DNA of 64,000 bases from assembly GCA_040755495.1 (NCBI GenBank), contig JBFMAT010000007.1, forward strand, positions 23,455 to 87,454, read 5' to 3'. Of this stretch, positions 34,056 to 41,435 are shown one piece after another. Source of the stretch: Chloroflexota bacterium (lineage in GTDB: Bacteria; Chloroflexota; Limnocylindria; Limnocylindrales; CSP1-4). The position numbers and the translations under genes were made by a program. The first letter of the stretch is position 1. Each line of letters opens with the position of its first letter. The notes under the pieces are model-generated. The model saw only the letters and a program-made list of their open reading frames with translations. It had not been told where the DNA came from and searched no databases.

Positions 34056-36206
34056 TCAGGTGCGTGACGGCTCGCCCCGCAGGCCGAGCTCGCGCAGCCA
34101 ACCCACCAGCACCTTGTGGAGCGCCGGCGCGCCGACGATCGGCTGCCCGGGCGCCGCGAATGACGACGGGAACAGGACGAACGCCTCGGTCTGCGCCCCG
34201 CCCAGGCCGCCGTGCGACCCCACCAGCTCCTCGAACGCGGCCACCTCGCTGGTCAGCGGGTCCAGCATCGACACCACCACCAGGTCGCCCACCGTCGAGA
34301 AGCCGTCGAGCCGGCGCAGCGACGCGTCGGCCAGGGCCCCGAACGCGGCCAGCGGGTCCGACCCCGTCACGTGCCCGTCCGCGAGGCGCCGCATGCCGCC
34401 GCCGCCCAGCACCACCGCGCCGTCCCGCGCGGAGCGGACCAGCACGAGCCCTACGCCCGGGTGCGAGGCCAGCGCCTCCACGAGACCGGGGTGCGCCTCG
34501 CCGATCGCCTCCCACGTGGCCCGCCCCGGCAGCCCCGTGAAGTACACGTTGGCGAGGTTCCCGGACGTCGCGACGACGACGTCCTGCTCGCCCACCTCGC
34601 GACCGGGCTGGCGGGCCGGGGCCGCCTCGAGGTCCACCGGACCCGGCGTCTGGTCGAGCGCGTCGGGGGCGTCCTCGCCGCGGGTGCGGAGGCGCCGCCG
34701 CGCCATCCGGGCACCGCGACCCTCGCCGCCCGCCAGCTGCGTGAGGACCGTGTTGACGTGACCCCAGCCCTCCACGTCCGAGGTCGTCGCCAGCACGGCG
34801 GGCTCGCCCGCCATCAGCTCCCGGACCAGCTCGTCCAGCGTGCGCCCGAACCGCTGGCGGAACGTCGCGCCCTGGCTCTGGCCGTGGTCCGAGAGCACGA
34901 CCACGTGGTACGGACGCGGCGCCGACGTCGCCGCCCGGGCGATGATCCCGATCTGGCGGTCCGCCTCGGCCACCGCGTCGAGCGACTCGGGGCGCTCCGG
35001 GCCGGCGTGGTGGGCGACTTCGTCGTAGCCCACGAGGTCGACGTAGATGACCGGCACGCCGCGATACATGTCCTCGAGCACGAGGCCGATCGACACGTCG
35101 CGCAGCAGCACGGACGCTGCCACCCGCAGCATCGGGAACGGCCACGCCCGCGCGATCCGCGGCTCCAGGCCACGCAGCCGCTGGCGGCGCGCCTCGGTGA
35201 GCTCGCGGATCAGCTCCATCGCGCCCAGGACGAGCGTCCGGAACACGGTGGAGGGGTCCGCGAAGAACCCGAAGAAGTCCCGCGACCGGACGCCGCGCGC
35301 GCCCAGCAGGGTGGAGTTGGTGAGCACGCTGCGCGACGCGTCGCCGGACAGCAGGTTGGTCACCGACGAGCCGCCGTAGGCCAGGAGGCCGCTCCCCGAT
35401 GACACACGACGCTCGATCTCCGCGGCGTCGGCCGGCCGATTCGACACCAGCAGCCGCCCGGACGCCTTCTCGAACCAGCGGAAGGCGGGGATGTCGTCGT
35501 TGTTGCCGTGCAGGATGCCCGCCTGGCTGGCAGACGTCTGCGAGGGCAGCAGCACGTCCCAGCGCGCGATCCGGTGGCTGCCGCCGCGGACCCAGTTCGC
35601 GAGGTGCGACGCGTTGCCGGTGCGGATCGCGAACCGGAGCAGCGGCTCGGACAGGCCGTCGACCTGGACGAACACCACGCCCGGCGTCGTCTCGCCGGCC
35701 CGGTGCCGCTCGCGCCGGACGAGCTCCAGGACGACCTGCCGGTAGTACGAGTCCGACCAGTCGAGGTCCAGCGCGAGGCCCAGCAGCAGGTTCACGACCG
35801 CGAGGTACAGCGACAGCAGGAAGGCGACTGCGTACGACCCCACCTCGAACCCGGGCAGCACGGTCGCGACCAGCCCGATCATCAGGCCGTTGATCAGCAG
35901 CGACAGCAGCCCGAACGTGAGCACCGCGTACCGGATCACGAACCGCACGACGATCGGCCGCAGCAGCGCGTTGGCCAGCGAGATCAGGACGACCGCGGCG
36001 AGGAGGCTCAGCGGGTCGTAGAACCGGACGGGCTCGAACCGCCAGGCGACGAGGGCCAGCGCGAGCGCGTCGACCAGCCAGGTCAGGAGGACGTAGCGGA
36101 CCAGCCGGCGCCGGTCCTGGCGCCACTCGTCGGCGACGCGCAGGTTGGCGGCCCAGAACGCCCGCAGGTCACGGATCGCCCGCCGGACGAGGGCCAGGAC
36201 CCGCAT
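34056..36206 (-). CDS. Fusion of a DUF360/holin-4-like four-TM domain to a type I phosphodiesterase/alkaline-phosphatase-superfamily domain
   Basis: 716-aa ORF. The N-terminal region (LLTWLVDALALALVAW..LANALLRPIVV..LTFGLLSLLINGLMIGLVA..) resembles PF04020. It is followed by VVFVQVDGLSEP, LPSQTSASQAGILHG and VVVLSDHGQS metal/nucleophile motifs. Confidence 0.8.
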   Translation of the reverse strand: MRVLALVRRAIRDLRAFWAANLRVADEWRQDRRRLVRYVLLTWLVDALALALVAWRFEPVRFYDPLSLLAAVVLISLANALLRPIVVRFVIRYAVLTFGLLSLLINGLMIGLVATVLPGFEVGSYAVAFLLSLYLAVVNLLLGLALDLDWSDSYYRQVVLELVRRERHRAGETTPGVVFVQVDGLSEPLLRFAIRTGNASHLANWVRGGSHRIARWDVLLPSQTSASQAGILHGNNDDIPAFRWFEKASGRLLVSNRPADAAEIERRVSSGSGLLAYGGSSVTNLLSGDASRSVLTNSTLLGARGVRSRDFFGFFADPSTVFRTLVLGAMELIRELTEARRQRLRGLEPRIARAWPFPMLRVAASVLLRDVSIGLVLEDMYRGVPVIYVDLVGYDEVAHHAGPERPESLDAVAEADRQIGIIARAATSAPRPYHVVVLSDHGQSQGATFRQRFGRTLDELVRELMAGEPAVLATTSDVEGWGHVNTVLTQLAGGEGRGARMARRRLRTRGEDAPDALDQTPGPVDLEAAPARQPGREVGEQDVVVATSGNLANVYFTGLPGRATWEAIGEAHPGLVEALASHPGVGLVLVRSARDGAVVLGGGGMRRLADGHVTGSDPLAAFGALADASLRRLDGFSTVGDLVVVSMLDPLTSEVAAFEELVGSHGGLGGAQTEAFVLFPSSFAAPGQPIVGAPALHKVLVGWLRELGLRGEPSRT

Positions 36207-36240
36207 CGCGCGCCCGCCCCGCTCGCGTCAGCCGGCCCGG

Positions 36241-37530
36241 TCAGCCGTGGCGGTGGCTCGCCTCGGCCCGGGCCAGCTCCCGCGCGAGGTCGCCGATCGC
36301 CACCGTCCGCTGGGTCCCGGCGAACAGGTCCCGGACCTGGACCTGGCCGCCCTCGAGCTCGTCGCCGAGGATCACCGCGAAGTGGGCGGCGTCCCGGCCG
36401 GCCGCCTCCAGCTGGCGCCCCAGCTTCCGCCGCCCGAGCTCGGCCCGCACCCGGAGCCCCGCGGCGCGCAGCTCCGTGGCGACCCGCAGCCGGGCCACGG
36501 TGTCCTCGGGGTCGGCGCCCACGACCACCGCCAGCGGGCCCTCCGCGGCGCCCGTCGCGCTGCCGCCCTGCTCGGCCAGGACGAGCATCACGCGGTCCAG
36601 CCCGAGCCCGAACCCGATGCCCGGCGTCGGCTTGCCGCCCAGCAGCTCCACCAGCCCGTCGTAGCGGCCGCCGCCGCCGAGCGCCTGCTGCTGGCCCTCG
36701 CGGCCCGCGACGTAGAACTCGAACGCCGTCCGCGTGTAGTAGTCCAGGCCGCGGACGAGCCCCGGCTCCACCCGGAACGGCACGCCCAGCGCGTCCAGGT
36801 GCGTCTTCACGGACTCGAAGTGCGCCGCGCACGCCTCGCACAGGTGATCGGTGATGCGCGGCGCCGCGGCGTTGAGGTCGGCCATCGCCGGGTCCTTGGA
36901 GTCGAGCAGCCGGAGCGCGTTGCGCTCCAGGCGGTCGAGCTCGGTCGGCGGCAGCGACGCGGCGTGCCGCCGGTAGTACCTGACCAGCTCCGCGATGTAG
37001 GCCGGCCGGCAGGCCGGGTCGCCGATCGAGTTGACGAGGACCTCCACGTCGTCCACGCCGGCCTCGGCGTAGAAGCGATGGCCGAGCTCCACGATCTCCG
37101 CGTCCACCGCGGGACCCGGGTCGCCGATCGCCTCCACGTCGAACTGCCAGAACTGCCGGTAGCGGCCCGCCTGCGGCCGGTCGTAGCGGAACATCGGCCC
37201 GGTCATGGTCAGCTTCACCGGCTGCGGCCAGGTCTGCATCCCGTGCTGCACGTAGGCGCGCACGATGCCCGCCGTCGGCTCGGGGCGGAGCGCCCACGAC
37301 TCGGACTCCTCGGTCCTGGGCGCCAGCCGGAACAGCTCCTTCTCGACCACGTCCGTGACCTCGCCGATCCCCCGCTCGAAGACCGCCGTCTGCTCGAACA
37401 GCGGGGTCTCGATCGGGTGGTAGCCGTAGCGGGTCGCGAGATCCACCCCGGTGCGCAGCAGGCGGTCGAACACGACGTGGTCGTCGGGCAGCAGGTCCCG
37501 GGTGCCCCGCGGGGCGCGGAAGGTCGCCAT
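36241..37530 (-). CDS. hisS: Histidine--tRNA ligase
   Basis: ATG at 37530 (MATFRAPRGTRDLLPDD) gives 429 aa. Motifs are LRPE.TAG.VR, MFRYDRPQAGRYRQFWQFDVE, GGGRYDGL and GIGFGLGLDR. Confidence 0.94.
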   Translation of the reverse strand: MATFRAPRGTRDLLPDDHVVFDRLLRTGVDLATRYGYHPIETPLFEQTAVFERGIGEVTDVVEKELFRLAPRTEESESWALRPEPTAGIVRAYVQHGMQTWPQPVKLTMTGPMFRYDRPQAGRYRQFWQFDVEAIGDPGPAVDAEIVELGHRFYAEAGVDDVEVLVNSIGDPACRPAYIAELVRYYRRHAASLPPTELDRLERNALRLLDSKDPAMADLNAAAPRITDHLCEACAAHFESVKTHLDALGVPFRVEPGLVRGLDYYTRTAFEFYVAGREGQQQALGGGGRYDGLVELLGGKPTPGIGFGLGLDRVMLVLAEQGGSATGAAEGPLAVVVGADPEDTVARLRVATELRAAGLRVRAELGRRKLGRQLEAAGRDAAHFAVILGDELEGGQVQVRDLFAGTQRTVAIGDLARELARAEASHRHG

Positions 37531-37576
37531 CGCCCCGAAGTCTATCCGTCGCGGAGGCCGCGGCCGGGCCCGCCCG

Positions 37577-37927
37577 TCACGCGGCGGGCAGCAGCCACAC
37601 GAGCAGGAACGCGATGGCGGCCGTGACCAGGATCGCGGCCGAGGCGAGGAGGATGGAGCGGCCGGCCGGCCGGAAGTCCGCGGCATCGATGCGGTCGCGG
37701 CCGGTCACGTACCGGTAGGCGCCGACGACCACGAGAAAGGCGCCGATCAGGACGGCGACGGCGGCCAGCTCCCGGTCGAGCGGCAGGTCGCCGCCCGTGC
37801 CCTGGGTGAGCAGCGCCGCGGCCGCCAGTCCCAGCGCCACGAGCGTGACGCCGGTCCGGAACCAGGCGAGGAACGTGCGCTCGTTGGCGAGGTGGGTGCG
37901 CGCCCGGGAGTCGGGATCGGGCTCCAT
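37577..37927 (-). CDS. DUF202 (YidH-like) membrane protein
   Basis: Inner ATG at 37927 (MEPDPDSRARTHLANERTFLAWFRTGV...) gives 116 aa with 3 TM. Confidence 0.75.
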   Translation of the reverse strand: MEPDPDSRARTHLANERTFLAWFRTGVTLVALGLAAAALLTQGTGGDLPLDRELAAVAVLIGAFLVVVGAYRYVTGRDRIDAADFRPAGRSILLASAAILVTAAIAFLLVWLLPAA

Positions 37928-38009
37928 CGCGGGAAGGATAGCGGCCGATCCGCGGGCAGGCGGTACGCGCGAGGCAACGAGCCACGCGTCGGGCGGCCAG
38001 GCCGGGGCG

Positions 38010-39170
38010 TCAGGCGTGGAGCGACCCGGCGAGTGACGTCCGCCCGCTGACGTGGCCGGCCACGACCCGGCCAAACAGCTCGCGGTACTGGGCCGCGACG
38101 TTCCACCATGTCCGCGGCTGGCTGTGCTCGTGCGCGCGGCGGCCGATCGCCGCCCGCTCGGCGGCGTCGGCCAGGAGGCGCATCGCCGCCTCGGCGATCG
38201 CCGTGGCGCTGCCGGGGGCCACGATCACGCCCCGGCCGTCGGCCAGGAGCTCCGCGGCGGGGATGAACGGGGTGGAGACCACCGCGCGGCCGGCGGCCAT
38301 CGCATACGCCAGCGTGCCGGTCGCGCTGCGCGCCGGGTCCGTGGACGGCACGAGCACGAGGTCCGCCGCCTCGAGCCAGCGGGTCAGCTCCACCCGGCCC
38401 ACGAACCGGTCGACGAACTGCACGTGGTCGGTCATGCCCAGCCTGCCGGCCAGCACCACGAGCGACTCGCGATACGCCTCGCCATCGCGGCGGAGCACGT
38501 CGGGGTGGGTGGCGCCGACCATCACGTAGGTGGCGGCGGGGTACCCGGAGACGATCTGGGGCAGGGCCGAGATCGCGTGCTCCCAGCCCTTGTCGGGGCC
38601 GACCTGGCCGAAGCTCAGGAGGATCTCGCGACCGGCAAGGCCCATGGCCGGCTTGATCGTCGCCGCGTCGACGAGCGGCAGCTCCGGCACCCCATGGGCG
38701 ATGACCTCGACCCGGCCCGGGTCGGCCCCGTAGGCATCCGCGAGCACGGTGGCGGCGGCGCGCGAGGTCACGACGCTGACGGAGACGGCCTGGACCAGCT
38801 CCGAGAGGACGGCGTGCTGGCGCGGGTCCGGCGTGCCGGGGACGGAGTGGAGGGTGGCGACCGACGGGACGTCGAGGTTGGCGACGAACTCCAGCACGCT
38901 GCGGCCGTCCTGCGCGCCCCAGACGTCGAAGTCGTGCTGGATGGATGCGATGTCCGAGCAGTCGCAGAGGGACCGCGCCGTGCGAACGTAGTCCTCGGGC
39001 TCGTCGGTCCGGATCCGGTGATGGACCTCGAGCGGCGAGGGCTTGGGATCGTCGGCTGAGTACAGCGCGACGATCTCGCGGCCGCCAACCGCCGACGCCA
39101 GGTTGTGCGTGAAGCGCGCGACGCTGCACTGGCGCGGCGGGTAGCTGCCGACGAATGCGGTCTTGACCAC
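38010..39170 (-). CDS. Glycosyltransferase (GT-B fold, GT4-like)
   Basis: 386-aa ORF. N-terminus VGSYPPRQCSVARFT, a C-terminal half with ADLVLVPS......TGTLAYAMAAGRAVVST, and a typical E-x7-E region context. Confidence 0.8.
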   Translation of the reverse strand: MVKTAFVGSYPPRQCSVARFTHNLASAVGGREIVALYSADDPKPSPLEVHHRIRTDEPEDYVRTARSLCDCSDIASIQHDFDVWGAQDGRSVLEFVANLDVPSVATLHSVPGTPDPRQHAVLSELVQAVSVSVVTSRAAATVLADAYGADPGRVEVIAHGVPELPLVDAATIKPAMGLAGREILLSFGQVGPDKGWEHAISALPQIVSGYPAATYVMVGATHPDVLRRDGEAYRESLVVLAGRLGMTDHVQFVDRFVGRVELTRWLEAADLVLVPSTDPARSATGTLAYAMAAGRAVVSTPFIPAAELLADGRGVIVAPGSATAIAEAAMRLLADAAERAAIGRRAHEHSQPRTWWNVAAQYRELFGRVVAGHVSGRTSLAGSLHA

Positions 39171-39200
39171 GGCGCGGCTCCTGCGAGCCCCCCGCGGCCG

Positions 39201-39404
39201 TCAGGCCGCGCGGACGCGAACGGCTCGGGGACCCTTGGGCGAGGCCTCGACGTCGAACTCCACGCGCTCGCCGCCGACGAGGCGGTCGAACTCGAGAGTG
39301 GCGTCCAGCCCGCCGCGGTGGAAGAAGTACTCCTTCTCGTCCTCCGCCAGGATGAATCCGAATCCGCGGTCGCCGATGATCCGCTTGATGGTGCCGGTGG
39401 CCAT
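39201..39404 (-). CDS. Cold-shock domain protein
   Basis: Inner ATG at 39404, preceded by GAGGAGG, gives 67 aa: MATGTIKRIIGDRGFGFILAEDEKEYFFHRGGL... with RNP1-like GFGFI and RNP2-like YFFH. Confidence 0.9.
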   Translation of the reverse strand: MATGTIKRIIGDRGFGFILAEDEKEYFFHRGGLDATLEFDRLVGGERVEFDVEASPKGPRAVRVRAA

Positions 39405-39507
39405 GTGGGCCTCCTCGCTCCCCGAACTGGGACAGCGGTGACGCACGGTCCGTTCGAAGAGGGGGTCGACCACGCGGCGCGTCGCGGCGTAAGGCCGCGA
39501 GACCGCC

Positions 39508-39516
39508 ATCATAGCA
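39508..39516 (-). promoter_or_regulatory. Candidate extended -10 (TGCTATGAT) for the cold-shock gene
   Basis: The minus strand reads cgTGCTATGATgg about 100 nt upstream of the csp ATG. Such a long 5' UTR is typical for csp genes. No convincing -35 was found. Confidence 0.3.
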
Positions 39517-39536
39517 CGTCCGCGTGATCAGACTCT

Positions 39537-39569
39537 AACCTTTACGTCAACGGTAAGGTTTGGTACGCT
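39537..39569 (+). promoter_or_regulatory. Candidate MerR-type operator and promoter
   Basis: The only AT-rich island in the window. The inverted repeat AACCTTTAC-N7-GTAAGGTT (39537-39560) spans a TTTACG -35 and its 17-nt spacer, followed by TGGTACGCT (extended -10, 39561-39569). The merR ATG at 39577 lies 8 nt downstream, so the transcript may be leaderless. Confidence 0.45.
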
Positions 39570-39576
39570 GACCGGC

Positions 39577-40083
39577 ATGAGCCGCCCGATCCCCGCCGAT
39601 GCCGCACCGTCGCCGCCGCGCCTCCTGCGCATCCAGGAGGTCGCCGCCGAGACCGGTCTCACGCCGCGGTCGATCCGCTATTACGAGGAGGTCGGACTGC
39701 TCGCCCCGGCCGCCCGCTCCGAGGGCGCCTACCGCCTGTACGACACCGAGGACCTGGAGCGGCTCCGCTTCATCCGCGGGCTGCGCGACGACGCGGGGTT
39801 CTCGCTGGCCGAGATCCGCCAGCTGCTCGAGGACGAGCAGGCGCGGGCCCGCATCCGGGTCCGGTTCCGGGCCACCCATGACCAGGCGGAGCGGCGCGAG
39901 ATCCTCGTCGAGGCGATCGCCCGCGTGGACCGCCAGGTCGAGACGCTGCGCACCAAGATCGACCGCCTCGAGGCGATGATCCTCGACGCCCGGGCCCGCC
40001 GCGACCACCTCGCCGGCCACCTCGAGGAGGTGGAGGCCGGCCGCGAGCCCACGCCCCACGAGCACGGACGGCCACGACGGTGA
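39577..40083 (+). CDS. MerR-family transcriptional regulator
   Basis: 168-aa ORF. HTH LRIQEVAAETGLTPRSIRYYEEVGLL, then YRLY.EDL.RL.FIR.LR...GFSLAEIR.LL and a coiled-coil dimerisation helix. Confidence 0.9.
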   Translation: MSRPIPADAAPSPPRLLRIQEVAAETGLTPRSIRYYEEVGLLAPAARSEGAYRLYDTEDLERLRFIRGLRDDAGFSLAEIRQLLEDEQARARIRVRFRATHDQAERREILVEAIARVDRQVETLRTKIDRLEAMILDARARRDHLAGHLEEVEAGREPTPHEHGRPRR

Positions 40084-41435
40084 TCCGCGAGCCGCGTCGC
40101 GGCCTCCCCTCCCCCGCCCCGCGGTTCGCGCTGGCCAACGCCTCGCGGGCCTTCCGGCACCGGAACTACCGGCTGTTCTTCGGCAGCCAGCTCGTGTCGC
40201 TGGTGGGCACCTGGATGCAGAGCGTCGCCCAGGCGTGGCTGGTGCTGGAGCTCAGCGGCGACCCGTTCCTGCTGGGGCTGGTGGCGGCGATGCAGTTCCT
40301 GCCGGTGTCGGTCCTCGGGCTGTTCGGCGGGCTGATCGCCGACGCCCTGCCCAAGCGGCGCACGCTGATCGCCACCCAGGTGACCCAGATGCTGCTGGCG
40401 TTCGCGCTGTTCGGGCTCGTCGTGTCCGGCCTGGTCGAGGTCTGGCACATCGTGGTGTTCGCCGCGCTGCTGGGCGTCTCGAACGCCGTGGACATGCCCA
40501 CCCGGCAGGCGTTCGTGGTCGAGATGGTCGGCCGCGACGACGTGGCCAACGCGGTGGCGCTCAACTCGGCCGTGTTCAACGGCGCTCGGATCGTGGGCCC
40601 GGCCATCGCCGGCCTCGTGATCGGGGCGGCGGGCGGCGACACGAGCATCGCGTTCCTCGTGAACGGCCTGTCGTTCCTGGCCGTGATCGGCGGCTATGCC
40701 CTGATGCGCGACGAGGAGCTCAACCTGCCGCCGCTCCTCGCCCGGCCCACCAGCGTCGCGGACGTCCGCACGACGCTGGCCGAGGGCATCCGGTACGTGC
40801 GCCGGACGGACCTCGTCCTGCTGGCGACGATCGTCGTGGGCCTCGCGTCCACGTTCGGCATGAACTTCGGGGTGATCATCCCGGCCTTCGCCCGCGAGGT
40901 GCTCCACACGGACGCCACCGGCTACGGCTTCCTGATGGCCGCCAGCGGCATCGGCTCGTTCAGCGCGGCGATGCTGATCGCGTTCTCCGGCCGATCGCAG
41001 CCGGCGATCATCGGCGGCGGGGCGCTGGTGCTGGGCCTCGCGCTGCTGGTCGCGGCGGTCGTGCACGCCTTCGCCGCGGCCCTGGTGGCGATGGCCTTGG
41101 TGGGCATGGGCGCGATCGCGATGGCCGCCACCGCCAACACGACGATCCAGCTCGTCGTGCCCGACGAGCTCCGGGGCCGCGTCATCGCCGTCTACACCAC
41201 GGTGTTCGTGGGCTCGACGCCGCTGGGCGGCCTGCTGGTCGGCTATGTCGCCTCGCGGTTCGGGGTCGAGGCGTCGCTCGCGATGTCGGGCGTCGCGTGC
41301 GTCGCGGTCGGCGTCGCCGGGCTCGCCTGGCTGCGCCGGATCCGGGCCCGGGCCGTGTCCGCGGCGCAGGCGCGCGGCGAGGGTGCGCCGGCCGGCGTGC
41401 GCGCGGAGGTCAGCTCAGGTCGCGCTGGACGCTGA
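40080..41435 (+). CDS. MFS transporter (MFS_3/EntS-like)
   Basis: 451-aa ORF. GTGA overlap with the merR stop. Motifs FRHRNYRLFFGSQLVSLVGTWMQSVAQAWLVL..LPV..LGLFGG.IAD...KRR, 12 TM. Confidence 0.88.
   Translation: MIREPRRGLPSPAPRFALANASRAFRHRNYRLFFGSQLVSLVGTWMQSVAQAWLVLELSGDPFLLGLVAAMQFLPVSVLGLFGGLIADALPKRRTLIATQVTQMLLAFALFGLVVSGLVEVWHIVVFAALLGVSNAVDMPTRQAFVVEMVGRDDVANAVALNSAVFNGARIVGPAIAGLVIGAAGGDTSIAFLVNGLSFLAVIGGYALMRDEELNLPPLLARPTSVADVRTTLAEGIRYVRRTDLVLLATIVVGLASTFGMNFGVIIPAFAREVLHTDATGYGFLMAASGIGSFSAAMLIAFSGRSQPAIIGGGALVLGLALLVAAVVHAFAAALVAMALVGMGAIAMAATANTTIQLVVPDELRGRVIAVYTTVFVGSTPLGGLLVGYVASRFGVEASLAMSGVACVAVGVAGLAWLRRIRARAVSAAQARGEGAPAGVRAEVSSGRAGR

Noticed and set aside
36207-36240. 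Intrinsic terminators in the short gaps between co-directional genes (hisS/phosphodiesterase, phosphodiesterase/aspS and others)
   Set aside because: The gaps are 30-70 nt and I could find no stem-loop followed by a T-tract. They are more likely simple intercistronic spacers within operons.
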